A stretch of DNA of 64,000 bases from Gemmatimonadota bacterium (GTDB lineage Bacteria; Gemmatimonadota; Gemmatimonadetes; Longimicrobiales; Gaopeijiaceae), in NCBI GenBank assembly GCA_034521595.1, contig JAXHMG010000003.1:832001-896000 (forward strand), given 5' to 3'. Below, piece by piece: positions 18,867 to 29,892 of the stretch. The notes below the pieces were generated by a model. It saw nothing but the letters and a program-made list of their open reading frames with translations. It ran no database searches and was not told where the DNA came from. The position numbers were made by a program, and so were the translations under genes. Numbering within the stretch: the first letter of the stretch is position 1; every line of letters starts with the position of its first letter.

Positions 18867-18982
18867 AGGACCATGCTGCGATGCGGCTTCCTGGCATCCC
18901 ACTCGACGTAAACGTATGTTTCGACTTCCTGGCCGGCTGATGGCCGCCCGGGTCCTCGTTCCCGCCTGAATCAGACTTCGCC

Positions 18983-20029
18983 GTGCTGTCCTTACTGAGC
19001 AACTGGTTGAACTCGGGGCGTCTCGTGCCTGTAAACGATATCGCCGTCGACCTCGGAACCGCGAACACACTCGTGTATGTGAAGGGCGAAGGGATCGTCC
19101 TGAACGAGCCGTCTGTGGTCGCGGTCGACAAGGAAAGTCGTCAGGTCAGGGGCATAGGCCTCGAGGCCAAGCGCATGCTGGGACGCACACCGGAAGGGAT
19201 CGAGGCGATCCGGCCGCTCAAGGACGGCGTCATCGCCGACGTCGATGTCACCGAGACGATGCTGCGCCACTTCTTGAAGCAGGTCACCGCGAAGCGGGTG
19301 TTCCGCATCAAGCCGAGGATCGTCGTGGGGGTGCCGTCCGGCATCACGGAGCTCGAGCGCCGAGCCGTTCGCTCCTCCGCCATGTCCGCGGGTGCGAAGG
19401 GCGTGTACATGGTCGACGAGCCGATGGCCGCCGCCGTCGGCGTGGGACTCCCCGTCGAAACGCCCACCGGAAACATGGTGATCGATATCGGAGGCGGCAC
19501 GACGGAGATCGCGGTGATCGCGCTGTCGGGCATCGTGTCCAACACCTCCATCCGGGTCGGTGGCGACGAGATGGACTCGGCGATCGTCACCTTCCTCCGC
19601 AAGAACTACAACCTCCTCATCGGAGAGCCGACGGCCGAGGCCATCAAGGTCCAGATCGGGTCGGCATTCGACTTTGGGGAGGAACGGGAGATGGAGGTCA
19701 AGGGACGGGACCTGGTCTCCGGCATCCCGAAGACCGTCACCGTCCACTCGCAGGAAATTCGGGAGTGCATCCAGGAGCCCGTCCAGGCGATCGTCGAGGC
19801 CGTCCGCCGTGCGCTCGAGATCACGCCGCCGGAGCTCTCCTCCGACATCGTCGATCGCGGTATCGTCATGACCGGCGGCGGAGCGCTGATCCGTGGCCTG
19901 GACCGTCTGCTGCAACACGAGACGAACCTTCCGATCCACGTGGACGAAGAACCATTGACTTGCGTGGTGCGTGGCGCGGGCCGGATTCTCGACGATTTCC
20001 ACAAGTATCGCTCCGTGCTCATTCAGTAG
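18983..20029 (+). CDS. mreB: Rod shape-determining protein MreB
   Basis: DLGTANT, EPSVVA, DIGGGTTE, TGGGAL. Confidence 0.97.
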   Translation: MLSLLSNWLNSGRLVPVNDIAVDLGTANTLVYVKGEGIVLNEPSVVAVDKESRQVRGIGLEAKRMLGRTPEGIEAIRPLKDGVIADVDVTETMLRHFLKQVTAKRVFRIKPRIVVGVPSGITELERRAVRSSAMSAGAKGVYMVDEPMAAAVGVGLPVETPTGNMVIDIGGGTTEIAVIALSGIVSNTSIRVGGDEMDSAIVTFLRKNYNLLIGEPTAEAIKVQIGSAFDFGEEREMEVKGRDLVSGIPKTVTVHSQEIRECIQEPVQAIVEAVRRALEITPPELSSDIVDRGIVMTGGGALIRGLDRLLQHETNLPIHVDEEPLTCVVRGAGRILDDFHKYRSVLIQ

Positions 20030-20063
20030 CGCGTGAAGCGAACGTCGGCGTCGGGAGGAACGT

Positions 20064-20987
20064 GTGGCCGTTCTGGGAGGTGAATCCGACATCGGCGGCG
20101 GAAGGAAGCAGATGCTCATCGCCGCCGCCTTTTTGGTGGCCGGCATCGTCGTCGGCACCCTCGGGGAGGCTGTGGAGCAGCGTATCGCCGGCTTCATTCG
20201 GAGCAACGTCCTCCGGCCGTTCATCGCCACTCAGGAGCTCATCGCCAGCGCGCGGACCCGAGCTACGGACGTCGATCAGCTCATGGTCCGCATCGATTCG
20301 CTGACGGCGATCCTCAGTGCCCAGGCGACTCTGGTCGATGAAAACGAAACGTTGAGGGAGCTCCTCGATCTTTCCGGGCGCCTGGAGCCTCGATTCAGGT
20401 CGGCGACGGTGCTGCGGCCGGGCACACCCGGATCGGAGAGCATGTTCCTCCTGGACGCGGGGCGGTCCGACGGAATCCGGATCAGGGCGCCGATCATCAG
20501 CTCGGACGGGTTGATCGGGGTCGTGCGGAGCGTGAGCGAGTCGAATGCCGCCGGGATGGATTGGACGCATCCGGACTTCCGGGCGAGCGCGATGGTGCCG
20601 GGGACGGACATGTACGGCATCGTGGAGAATCGGAGAGGGGCATTCCGTGAGGTGGATCGCCTCGTCCTCACGGGTACGGCCTACAACGAGGTGATCCAGG
20701 ACGGAGCCCGTGTGGTCACCAGTGGCCTCGGTGGCGTATACCCGAGAGGAATCCCCATCGGAACGATCGCGGGGGTAGCCGACTATGAAGGGTCCTGGCG
20801 GAAGAGCTACTGGCTCCGTCCGAGCGTGTTGCCCGGGGAAGTGACCCACGTGCTGATTCCCATCGAGGACCTGTCGGCGGAAGGGATCACGTGGCCGGAG
20901 GATGGGGGCTCCCCCTTGCGACCGGTGCCGGAGCCGGCGGCTGAGGGCGTCGACGAGCCTTCGGAGTCTACCGAGGACGGGGGCTGA
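20064..20987 (+). CDS. mreC: Rod shape-determining protein MreC
   Basis: N-terminal TM, coiled coil (ENETLRELL), VVTSGLGGVYPRGIPIG; synteny. Confidence 0.92.
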   Translation: MAVLGGESDIGGGRKQMLIAAAFLVAGIVVGTLGEAVEQRIAGFIRSNVLRPFIATQELIASARTRATDVDQLMVRIDSLTAILSAQATLVDENETLRELLDLSGRLEPRFRSATVLRPGTPGSESMFLLDAGRSDGIRIRAPIISSDGLIGVVRSVSESNAAGMDWTHPDFRASAMVPGTDMYGIVENRRGAFREVDRLVLTGTAYNEVIQDGARVVTSGLGGVYPRGIPIGTIAGVADYEGSWRKSYWLRPSVLPGEVTHVLIPIEDLSAEGITWPEDGGSPLRPVPEPAAEGVDEPSESTEDGG

Positions 20988-20988
20988 C

Positions 20989-21459
20989 GTGCGACTCTTC
21001 CCCATGGCCGTGGTCGCGGGCCTCGTCGTTCTGCATTTTTTGCTCCGTGTGGGGTTCGGGGTCGGAGGGGCCGCACCGGATCTGTTGACCGTCGGGCTCC
21101 TCATCGCGGCGCGGGAGACGCGGATGGGGTGGGCGGCCGGGCTCGGGTTCGTGTTGGGGCTCCTTCAGGACTCCCTCAGCGTCGTGGCGTTCGGGGCGAA
21201 CACGGTCACGATGACCGTGGTCGGGACCTTGGGCGCGGGGACCAGAGAGCTCTTCGTGGGCGATTCGCGAGCCTTCGTCATATTGTACTTCTTCATCGGT
21301 AAGTGGCTGCGGGACGGCGTGCACTGGCTCCTCGTGGGTGAGGATCTCCGGCGCCCCTTCGTGGAGCAGCTGCTCGTCCAGGGCGTACCGAGCGCCGCAT
21401 ACGTTGCGCTCGTGGGTCTCTTCGTCGTAGCGCTCATCGGAGTGTCGAGCGAAGCATGA
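20989..21459 (+). CDS. mreD: Rod shape-determining protein MreD
   Basis: Hydrophobic multi-TM protein with APDLL and GLLQDSLS, between mreC and mrdA. Confidence 0.88.
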   Translation: MRLFPMAVVAGLVVLHFLLRVGFGVGGAAPDLLTVGLLIAARETRMGWAAGLGFVLGLLQDSLSVVAFGANTVTMTVVGTLGAGTRELFVGDSRAFVILYFFIGKWLRDGVHWLLVGEDLRRPFVEQLLVQGVPSAAYVALVGLFVVALIGVSSEA

Positions 21460-23336
21460 AGGTTTTTCATCCGCACAAGCGGCAACAGCGGGCCAGAGGG
21501 GCCTACATCGCGCTGGCGGTGATGGTCGCTCTCCTCGTCGCCGGCTTCTTCCGTGTTCAGGTGCTCCGTTCGAGCACCTGGGAGCTGCGTGCGGAATCGA
21601 ACCGGGTGCGGCGTCTTCCGGTGCCTCCGCCTCGTGGTACGATTTACGATCGCGATGGCCGGATCTTGGCCGACAACGTTCCGGGCTACGCGATCACACT
21701 TCTTCCGATGCCCCAGGACTCGGCGCGTGCGGTGCTCGATCGGCTGGCCGACCACGTCGAGCTGTCGGAGGAGCGGATCGAGCGGGTGCTCGGTACCTTG
21801 GGCCGTTACGGTCGGGAGGTCGTCGTGGATCCGAACGCCGATTTCGAGTCGGTCTCGGTCATCGAAGAACGACGGGGAAGCTTTCCCGGCATCTACGTTG
21901 AAATGAGGCCGAGACGGCGGTACACCCTGGGCGAGCCGGCAGGCCACGTCATGGGATACGTGGGGGAGATCACGGCCGACGAGCTCGATTCCCCCGAGTT
22001 CGAAGCTGACCGGTACGATCGCGGGATGGTCGTGGGGAAGCTGGGAATCGAGAAGCAGTACGAGGACCGGCTCCAGGGTCGGCAGGGTTGGAAGTACGTC
22101 GAGTTCGACGCACGCGGCCGGATCGTGGGTGATTTCAGTGGGGTTCGCACCGACCCCGGGGAGGCGGGCGAGGACCTTCACCTCCACTTGGATTACGAGC
22201 TACAGGAGTACATCCACTCTATCTTCCCGGACACGTTGTCGGGCGCGGTCGTGGCGCTCGATCCGGCCAACGGCGGTGTCCTGGCGATGTATTCCGCGCC
22301 CACGTACGATCCCAACGATTTCGTCGGCGGCATCGATCCCGACCTGTGGCAGGCGCTTTCCCAGGATGAAAGCAAGCCGCTGTTCAACCGTCCTGTCCTG
22401 GGCTTGTACGCCCCGGCTTCGACATGGAAGCTCGCGACCGCCGGAATCGCACTCGATCTGGGTGTCGTGACCCCGGATGAGGAGATGGCCGACCCGTGCA
22501 CGGGTCGTTGGCGCTTCGGGAACCGTGTCTTTCGCTGCTGGGACCCCGAGGGGCACGGGTACAACAATCTCTCGGAAGCGATCGGTAACTCCTGTGACAT
22601 CTACTTCTACCAGCTCGGGCTCCGCGTCGGGCTCACCCGACTGATCGAGCGCGCGACCGACATCGGGTTCAGTCAGCGCTGTGGGATCGATCTCCCTCAG
22701 GAGAGCCAGGGCATCTTTCCGGAAAGCCGGGACTATTGGCGACGGAACTTCAGCTACGCGCCCACGGAAGGGGAGACCCTCTCGCTCGCGATCGGGCAGG
22801 GGCCCAACTCTCAGACTCCCCTCAAGATGGCTCAGTTTTACGTGGCGCTGGCGAGGAACGGTTCGGCTCCGGCGCCTCGGCTGGCCAAGGGTGAGGAAGT
22901 CGGAGAGGCATGGGAGCTGAACCTGACCGACGAGCACCTCGACGCGCTCCGGGAAGGATTGCGTGCCGTGACCCAGCCGGGAGGCACGGCACACTTCGGA
23001 ACCGCGCTCGAGCACTGGGAAGTGCTCGGTAAGACGGGAACCGGCCAGAACCCACTCAGCGTTCGAGGTCTCGCGGAGGACCACGCCTGGTTCACCGGCA
23101 TGGCCGGGCGCCCCGGCGGCCCTCCCGAGGTCGTGGTGGCCGTGCTCGTGGAGTATGGCCGGAGCGGTTCCGGCACCGCGGCGCCGTTGATGGCGAAGAC
23201 GGCAGATTTTTACCTTCGTCGCAAGCACGGCATCCCGGTCGATACCGTTCAGACGTACCTCGAACATCTCCGGCGCGGAGTCCCCGCGCCCTGGTATCCG
23301 GAACGCTTTCCGACGGCCGAAAGCACCGGACGATGA
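21456..23336 (+). CDS. mrdA: Penicillin-binding protein 2
   Basis: RGTIYDRDG, STWK (SxxK), SCD (SxN-like), KTGT. Confidence 0.95.
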   Translation: MKVFHPHKRQQRARGAYIALAVMVALLVAGFFRVQVLRSSTWELRAESNRVRRLPVPPPRGTIYDRDGRILADNVPGYAITLLPMPQDSARAVLDRLADHVELSEERIERVLGTLGRYGREVVVDPNADFESVSVIEERRGSFPGIYVEMRPRRRYTLGEPAGHVMGYVGEITADELDSPEFEADRYDRGMVVGKLGIEKQYEDRLQGRQGWKYVEFDARGRIVGDFSGVRTDPGEAGEDLHLHLDYELQEYIHSIFPDTLSGAVVALDPANGGVLAMYSAPTYDPNDFVGGIDPDLWQALSQDESKPLFNRPVLGLYAPASTWKLATAGIALDLGVVTPDEEMADPCTGRWRFGNRVFRCWDPEGHGYNNLSEAIGNSCDIYFYQLGLRVGLTRLIERATDIGFSQRCGIDLPQESQGIFPESRDYWRRNFSYAPTEGETLSLAIGQGPNSQTPLKMAQFYVALARNGSAPAPRLAKGEEVGEAWELNLTDEHLDALREGLRAVTQPGGTAHFGTALEHWEVLGKTGTGQNPLSVRGLAEDHAWFTGMAGRPGGPPEVVVAVLVEYGRSGSGTAAPLMAKTADFYLRRKHGIPVDTVQTYLEHLRRGVPAPWYPERFPTAESTGR

Positions 23337-24568
23337 GACGGCTGTTCCACATCTGGGCGGTCGATCGGTGGTTCGTGCCAGGCGTTGTAGCCCTCTCCCT
23401 CTTCGGCGTGGCCATGATCTACTCCGCCGGCGAGGTGCACGTCCCGAATCCGGTGACCGATGGTGCCTGGATCCGCCAACTGACCTGGTTGGCGCTGGCG
23501 AGCGTGGCATTCGTATTCCTGTCCCGGGTGCCCGTGCGATGGATCGAATGGGGGGCGATGCCCGCCTACGTGGTCAGTGTGGCTCTGCTCGCCGCGACAC
23601 TCGTCGTGGGGACGGGTGCGGGTACTGCCGCCGGCGTGCGGAGCTGGATCGACGTCGGGTTCGTTCGCTTTCAGCCGGCTGAGATCGCCAAGCTGGCCAC
23701 GATCCTGGCGTTGGCGAAGCTGCTCGCCCAGGGCGACGGTCCGCTCACCTCGCTGCGCGACCTCCTCCTTCCGGCTGCGCTCGTCGGACTGCCCGTGGCG
23801 TTGGTCTTGCTGCAGCCGGACCTCGGCACGGCCATGGCGTTCGGCGGCATCCTCTTCGCCATGCTCTTCTGGGCCGGCACGCCGGTGGCGTTGCTCGTGC
23901 TCGTGGTGAGCCCCGTGGCGGCCTTGATCCTCTCCTACGACATCGCCGTGTGGTCGTGGTACATCCTCGGCCTGATCGTCTTCCTCTACCTGTATCGGTA
24001 CCGCCTCTTTCTCGCCGAGTCGGTCGCGGTGGTGCTCGCCAACTTCGCTGCCGGGACCATCGCGCGCCCGTTGTGGAATTCCCTCGCGGAGTACCAGCGA
24101 AATCGGATCGTCGTGTTCCTGGATCCCGAGGTCGATCCACGCGGTGCCGGGTACCAGCTGATCCAATCGAAGGTGGCCGTGGGAAGTGGGGGGCTCACGG
24201 GTAAGGGCTTTACGGAAGGACCTCAGAAGCGGCTGGATTTCCTCCCGGAGCAGCACACGGACTTCATCTTCAGCGTGGTGGGTGAAGAGCTGGGATTCCG
24301 GGGGACATTGCTGGTCATCCTGGTGTTCGGGTTCGTGCTGAGCCGCCTGGTGAAGATGGCCGCGGATTCCCCCGATCCCTTTGCCGGCCTGGTGCTTCTG
24401 GGTATCTTCGGCGGTTGGCTCGTCCATATATTCGTGAACATCGGCATGACCATCGGTATCGTGCCGATCACGGGCATCCCACTACCGTTCGTGAGTTACG
24501 GTGGGACGTTCCTCTTCATGTCGTGGGTCGCCGTGGCGATAGCCGTGCGCGTGGCTCACGAGAGGTAG
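23333..24568 (+). CDS. rodA: Rod shape-determining protein RodA (SEDS family)
   Basis: [43 protein letters not shown]. Confidence 0.95.
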   Translation: MRRLFHIWAVDRWFVPGVVALSLFGVAMIYSAGEVHVPNPVTDGAWIRQLTWLALASVAFVFLSRVPVRWIEWGAMPAYVVSVALLAATLVVGTGAGTAAGVRSWIDVGFVRFQPAEIAKLATILALAKLLAQGDGPLTSLRDLLLPAALVGLPVALVLLQPDLGTAMAFGGILFAMLFWAGTPVALLVLVVSPVAALILSYDIAVWSWYILGLIVFLYLYRYRLFLAESVAVVLANFAAGTIARPLWNSLAEYQRNRIVVFLDPEVDPRGAGYQLIQSKVAVGSGGLTGKGFTEGPQKRLDFLPEQHTDFIFSVVGEELGFRGTLLVILVFGFVLSRLVKMAADSPDPFAGLVLLGIFGGWLVHIFVNIGMTIGIVPITGIPLPFVSYGGTFLFMSWVAVAIAVRVAHER

Positions 24569-24581
24569 CTTTCGAAGCGCA

Positions 24582-25430
24582 ATGGCTTGGTTCCGCAAGG
24601 ACAAGAAGCCGCTCAACGCCGAGGACCGGCGTGACCTCCCGTCCGACGTATTCGACAAGTGTCCGGGCTGTGGCGAGATCCTCTACCGTGAGCGGTTGGC
24701 TCAGAACCTCAATGTTTGTCCGAACTGTGGGCATCACCTGCGGATCGCCGCCGATGCCTACCTGAGGCTGTTGCTGGACGACGACAGCTTCGACGAAGTC
24801 GCTGGTGAGCTGCGCGCCGCGGACCCACTCGAGTTTCGTGACCTCAAGCCGTACCACGAACGGGTTCGGGCAGCCGAGGCGAAGGGAAAGAACGAGGCCG
24901 TGGTGACGGGCACGGGCCGGTTGGATGGGATCGAGGTCGCGGTCGCGGTGATGGACTTCGGCTACATCGGGGGCTCCATGGGGTCCGTGGTCGGAGAGAA
25001 GATCGCGCGCGTGGCCCGCCTTGCCCTCGAGCGGCACCTTCCGTTGATCGTCGTCAGCGCCTCGGGTGGGGCGCGCATGCAGGAGGGGATCTATTCCCTC
25101 ATGCAGATGGCGAAGACCTCTGCGGTGCTTTCCCGGTTGCACGAAGCCGGCCTGCCGTTCATCTCGGTGCTCACCCACCCGACCACCGGAGGAGTGACGG
25201 CCTCCTTCTCGATGCTGGGTGACGTCAATTTGGCCGAGCCCGGCGCGTTGATCGGCTTCGCGGGACCGCGGGTGATCGAGGAAACGATCCGCCAGGAGCT
25301 GCCCGAGGGGTTCCAGCGAGCGGAATTTCTCAAGGAACACGGCATGGTCGACCGTGTGGTGGACCGCCGGGAGCTCCGCGGCGAGATCGCCACCCTCCTG
25401 CGACACATGTACGTCGGTTGGGGCTCGTAG
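24582..25430 (+). CDS. accD: Acetyl-CoA carboxylase carboxyltransferase beta subunit
   Basis: CPGC...CPNC zinc finger, [30 protein letters not shown]. Confidence 0.96.
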   Translation: MAWFRKDKKPLNAEDRRDLPSDVFDKCPGCGEILYRERLAQNLNVCPNCGHHLRIAADAYLRLLLDDDSFDEVAGELRAADPLEFRDLKPYHERVRAAEAKGKNEAVVTGTGRLDGIEVAVAVMDFGYIGGSMGSVVGEKIARVARLALERHLPLIVVSASGGARMQEGIYSLMQMAKTSAVLSRLHEAGLPFISVLTHPTTGGVTASFSMLGDVNLAEPGALIGFAGPRVIEETIRQELPEGFQRAEFLKEHGMVDRVVDRRELRGEIATLLRHMYVGWGS

Positions 25431-26767
25431 CCGGACGCGGTCCGGTCGCACCCGAGCGGCTGGATCGACCGTTCCAGGATCCTCTCGTTCGACGTCTCTT
25501 TCCCCCGCTGGTTACAGGGGTTCACTGGGGGCTCGAGCGAACCGAGCGCGCGCTCACGGCACTGGCCGAGCCACATCGTGCTTACCCTTCGATCCACGTC
25601 GGAGGGACGAACGGGAAGGGGTCGGTCGCTTCGACCCTGGCGTCGGTCATGAGGGTCGAAGGGCGGAGGACCGGCTGTTACACTTCGCCGCATCTGTGCT
25701 CTTTCCGCGAGCGGATCATGGTGGACGGTCGTCCGCTCACGGAGGAGGCGCTCCTCGCGTACGCGGCGGAGATCCGTGACGTAGTGATCGGATCCGGGCT
25801 GACGTTCTTCGAGGCCGTGACCGTGCTGGCCTTCCACGTGTTCGCGCGCGAGAGGGTGGAGATGGCGGTCATGGAGGTGGGGCTGGGCGGGCGGCTGGAC
25901 GCGACGAACGTGATCGTGCCGGATGTCTCCGCCGTCACGAACGTGGCGATGGACCACTCGGATTTTCTTGGCGGTACCCTCCGGGAGATCGCCCGCGAGA
26001 AAGCCGGCATCATGAAGCCGAACGTGCCGTTCGTGACCACCGAGACGGCATCCGAGCTCCGAGCCGTATTCGAGGACGTCGCGCTCGAACGGGGTACATC
26101 GGTATCGTATCTGGAGCCGGAAGAGATCCGCGACGTGTCGGTGAGTGGTGAGCATACGTCGTTCTCGATGACGACCGAGAGCTGGGGCGACCTCGAGGTC
26201 CGTACGCCGTTGGTGGGACGGCATCAGGCCACCAACGCCGGCCTGGCCGTCGCGACCCTCGACCGTCTCCCTCGTGACCGTCGGCCGGGCTCGGCCGCCA
26301 TCCTGCGTGGCGTCTCGGAAGTCGAATACCACGGGCGGGACGAGTTGTTGGTCATCGACGGGGTGACGTGGCTTTTCGACGTGGCGCACAATACCGCGGG
26401 AATCCTTTCGCTCGTGGATACGCTGGATCGGCTCGGCCTTCCGGGCCCGACGACCGCGCTCGTGGGCGTTCTCGGGGACAAGGATTGGGCCTCGATGCTA
26501 CCGCCGCTGTTCTCGCGGGTGGACCGGGCGGTTCTCACGCAACCTCCCACGGCGCCGCCCGAGCGTCGGTGGAATCCGGCGTCGGCCGCGGCCGTGGTGG
26601 CGGATATCACCGAGCTCTCCGTCGAAGAGGACTTCGTCCGCGCCTTCGAGAAGGCGCGGCTGGCGTCCGCGGATGGCGGCACCGTGGTCGTCACGGGATC
26701 GGTGCACACGGTGGGCGGTGCGATGCGGCTTCTGGAGCGCGAGCCACTCCGTCGGTTCGCGGAATAA
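25418..26767 (+). CDS. folC: Folylpolyglutamate synthase/dihydrofolate synthase
   Basis: [30 protein letters not shown]; start uncertain. Confidence 0.93.
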   Translation: MGLVAGRGPVAPERLDRPFQDPLVRRLFPPLVTGVHWGLERTERALTALAEPHRAYPSIHVGGTNGKGSVASTLASVMRVEGRRTGCYTSPHLCSFRERIMVDGRPLTEEALLAYAAEIRDVVIGSGLTFFEAVTVLAFHVFARERVEMAVMEVGLGGRLDATNVIVPDVSAVTNVAMDHSDFLGGTLREIAREKAGIMKPNVPFVTTETASELRAVFEDVALERGTSVSYLEPEEIRDVSVSGEHTSFSMTTESWGDLEVRTPLVGRHQATNAGLAVATLDRLPRDRRPGSAAILRGVSEVEYHGRDELLVIDGVTWLFDVAHNTAGILSLVDTLDRLGLPGPTTALVGVLGDKDWASMLPPLFSRVDRAVLTQPPTAPPERRWNPASAAAVVADITELSVEEDFVRAFEKARLASADGGTVVVTGSVHTVGGAMRLLEREPLRRFAE

Positions 26768-26849
26768 CACCAGCCGCCACTGTTTCGTGGGACAGCCGGT
26801 GGTGTGATGCGGTTGAATCGGGCGATGACCGCGCTAGATTGCCCTTCCT

Positions 26850-28130
26850 ATGGCCGCTTCCGACCTGCAGAGACTACCCGGCTTTCGCGACTTTCCGCCC
26901 GAAGACTTTGGGTTCCGTAACCGGATCTTCGAGTCGTGGCGGCGCGTGGCCTTGCGTTACGGCTTTTCCGAGTACGACGGCCCACCCCTCGAGCCGCTCG
27001 ACCTCTACGTGGAGAAGAGTGGCGACGAGATCGTCGAGCAGCTCTACGGGTTCACCGACAAGGGAGGCCGGGATGTCGCGTTGCGTCCCGAGATGACGCC
27101 TTCGTTGGCCCGGATCCTCGGTGCCCGGAGCCGGGGCATGAGCAAGCCGATTCGATGGTTTTCGATTCCGCAGCTCTTCCGCTACGAACGACAGCAGCGT
27201 GGACGTCTGAGGGAACACTTCCAGTGGAATGTCGACATCGTGGGAGAGGCCGGGGTCGCTGCCGACGCGGAGGTTCTCGCCGTAGGCATCGACGGCCTGC
27301 GCGACCTCGGTCTGACGCACGCGGATTTCGTGGCCCGCGTCTCTGATCGGCGTTTGCTCACATCGGTCTTGGAGGCGGTGGGAGTTCGGGAGGGAGCGCT
27401 CGGTGCCGCGTTTCAGATCGTGGACAAGGTGGAGCGCGATCCCCATGATCGGACCATCGCGCGTCTGCAGGAGGAAGCCGGTCTCGACGAGGCGGCCGCG
27501 GTCCACCTTCTGGAGACGCTCGAGTTCGGTCTGGAGGCGGTGGCCGATCGGTTCGGTGGCCGCGACGACGTAGGAGCGAAGCTGGAGCCCCTGAGGGAAT
27601 ACGTCGAGCTTCTCGGGTTCATGGGCCTCGGCGACTATGTTCAGGTAGACCTGAAGATCGTCCGGGGACTCGCGTACTATACGGGGATCGTCTTCGAGCT
27701 CTTCGACAGGAAGGGCCAGCTTCGCGCGATTTGCGGGGGTGGTCGCTATGATCGTCTCTTGGAGCTCGTGGGTGGAGAGTCTTTACCGGCCGTCGGCTTC
27801 GGCATGGGCGACGTCGTCCTGGGTGAGCTCCTCACGGATCGCGGCCTGCGGCCCGATACGTCGAAGCGGATCGACTACTTCGTCGTGTCCGTCACGGACG
27901 ACGAGCGGCGCGACGCGCTCGGGATCGCGCAGCGGCTTCGTGCTCGCGGTCACAGCGTGGCGTATGCGCTGCGGGGTCAGGGGGTCGGCAAGCAACTGAA
28001 GGCGGCCGGCCGGGAGGGTGCCATCGAGGCCCTGATCGTGGGACCCGACGAGCTGGCTCGCGGGGCCGTGACCGCCCGACGCCTCTCCGACGGAACGGAG
28101 CGCGAGATTCGTATCGAGGAGTTGGATTGA
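26850..28130 (+). CDS. hisS: Histidine--tRNA ligase
   Basis: LRPEMTPS, FRYERQQRGRLREHFQ, RGLAYYTG, GGGRYD. Confidence 0.96.
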   Translation: MAASDLQRLPGFRDFPPEDFGFRNRIFESWRRVALRYGFSEYDGPPLEPLDLYVEKSGDEIVEQLYGFTDKGGRDVALRPEMTPSLARILGARSRGMSKPIRWFSIPQLFRYERQQRGRLREHFQWNVDIVGEAGVAADAEVLAVGIDGLRDLGLTHADFVARVSDRRLLTSVLEAVGVREGALGAAFQIVDKVERDPHDRTIARLQEEAGLDEAAAVHLLETLEFGLEAVADRFGGRDDVGAKLEPLREYVELLGFMGLGDYVQVDLKIVRGLAYYTGIVFELFDRKGQLRAICGGGRYDRLLELVGGESLPAVGFGMGDVVLGELLTDRGLRPDTSKRIDYFVVSVTDDERRDALGIAQRLRARGHSVAYALRGQGVGKQLKAAGREGAIEALIVGPDELARGAVTARRLSDGTEREIRIEELD

Positions 28131-28435
28131 GTCGTTCAGAAGAGGAGACCGCGCGCGTCACCCGTGAGATCACCGCCCGTGCCATCCGCCGGCTCGATAT
28201 GCTCGAGTGGGCGATCTTCGGTGGGGCGGCCGTCCTTGCCACGATCGGGGGAGCGTTGATCGCCTTCCTGCTCGCCGGCCCGCTTGGCGTCGCCTTCCGA
28301 CCCGCCTGGCTCGTGGCTTCCGTGGTTCTCTTCGTAGTGCCGGGAGCCATCGCCGTCACCATCCTCCGCCGCGACGAGCGCCGCCGTGCTCGCCGCCTCG
28401 AACAACTCCGCGAAGAACGCGACCAGGACACATGA
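28127..28435 (+). CDS. Small two-TM membrane protein of unknown function
   Basis: Two hydrophobic helices; overlaps the hisS stop and the proS start by 4 nt each. Confidence 0.7.
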   Translation: MSRSEEETARVTREITARAIRRLDMLEWAIFGGAAVLATIGGALIAFLLAGPLGVAFRPAWLVASVVLFVVPGAIAVTILRRDERRRARRLEQLREERDQDT

Positions 28436-29892
28436 CCGATCACAAAAAGCTGACCCCGAGGGCCGAGGACTTCTCCTCGTGGTACAACGAGCTCGTACAG
28501 CGGGCCGAGCTCGCCGATCATTCTCCGGTCCGAGGCAGCATGGTCATCCGGCCGTGGGGCTACGGGATCTGGGAGCGGATGCAGCGTCAGCTCGACGACA
28601 TGTTCAAGGAGACCGGGCACGAGAACGCATACTTCCCGCTCCTCATCCCGATGAGCTTCATCGAGCGCGAGAAAGAGCACGTGGAGGGTTTCGCGCCGGA
28701 GCTCGCGGTCGTGACGCAGGCCGGTGGCAAGGAGCTGGAGGAGCCGTACGCCATCCGCCCGACCTCCGAAACCATCATCTATTCGATGTACGCCAAGTGG
28801 GTGCAGAGCTACCGCGATCTGCCGATCTTGCTGAACCAGTGGGCGAACGTCATGCGCTGGGAGCTCCGCACACGGCTCTTCCTGAGGACGTCGGAATTCC
28901 TCTGGCAGGAGGGCCATACCGCTCACGCGACACCGGAGGAGGCCGAGGAGGAGACGCTCACCATGTTGGGAGTGTACCGCACCTTCATGGAGGACTGGAT
29001 GGCCATGCCTCCCGTGACCGGACTAAAGTCTCCGACCGAGACGTTCGCGGGGGCCGTTCGGACCTACGCTTGCGAGGCCCTGATGCAGGATAACAAGGCC
29101 CTGCAGGCCGGAACCTCGCACTTTCTGGGTCAGAACTTCTCGAAGCAGTTCGACCTCCGGTTCCAGACGGAAGCGGGACACGAGGAATACGCGTGGAACA
29201 CCTCTTGGGGGGTCTCGACCCGATTGATCGGCGGTCTGGTGATGACCCACGGAGACGACGAGGGGTTGGTGCTTCCTCCCCGGCTGGCACCGGTACAGGC
29301 CGTCATCGTTCCCATTCTGCGCGGTGACGACGAGAGCCCCGTGCTCGAGAAGACCGAGGAGGTGCGGAAGCGGCTGAGTGATGCGGACGTGCGCGTGAAA
29401 GTGGACGCTCGGGAGCACCTGTCGCCCGGCGCGAAGTACTACGAATGGGAGCGCAAGGGCGTGCCCTATCGCATCGAGATCGGACCGAAGGATCTGGCGA
29501 AAGGCCAACTCGCTCTCGCCCCACGGGTGGTGCCCGAGGACGGGAAGCGAAAAGCGTTCGTACCGGAGAATGAGGCCGTGGCGGAGTTCCCGAACCTGCT
29601 CGAGACCTTCCAAGCCGAGCTCCTCGGACGTGCGGCCGCGCGCCGAGACGCGGCATCCGTGCGCGGCGTGACTTCCCTCGACGAGCTCGAGGAGGCATTC
29701 GAGCAGGGAGCCGGGTTCGTCTACACGGGGTGGTGCGGCGATCCGGAGGTCGAGGAGACGGTCAAGGAACGGACCGGAGCCACGATCCGGGTTCTGCCCG
29801 ATGAGGAGTTCCGGTCGGAGCGGGCGCCCGAGAAGTGTGTGTCGGGCGAGCGTGCCGCGACGTCCGAGGTCGTCTGGGCGAGGGCCTACTGA
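28432..29892 (+). CDS. proS: Proline--tRNA ligase, archaeal/eukaryote-like type
   Basis: [43 protein letters not shown]-terminal ARAY; no INS editing domain. Confidence 0.96.
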   Translation: MTDHKKLTPRAEDFSSWYNELVQRAELADHSPVRGSMVIRPWGYGIWERMQRQLDDMFKETGHENAYFPLLIPMSFIEREKEHVEGFAPELAVVTQAGGKELEEPYAIRPTSETIIYSMYAKWVQSYRDLPILLNQWANVMRWELRTRLFLRTSEFLWQEGHTAHATPEEAEEETLTMLGVYRTFMEDWMAMPPVTGLKSPTETFAGAVRTYACEALMQDNKALQAGTSHFLGQNFSKQFDLRFQTEAGHEEYAWNTSWGVSTRLIGGLVMTHGDDEGLVLPPRLAPVQAVIVPILRGDDESPVLEKTEEVRKRLSDADVRVKVDAREHLSPGAKYYEWERKGVPYRIEIGPKDLAKGQLALAPRVVPEDGKRKAFVPENEAVAEFPNLLETFQAELLGRAAARRDAASVRGVTSLDELEEAFEQGAGFVYTGWCGDPEVEETVKERTGATIRVLPDEEFRSERAPEKCVSGERAATSEVVWARAY

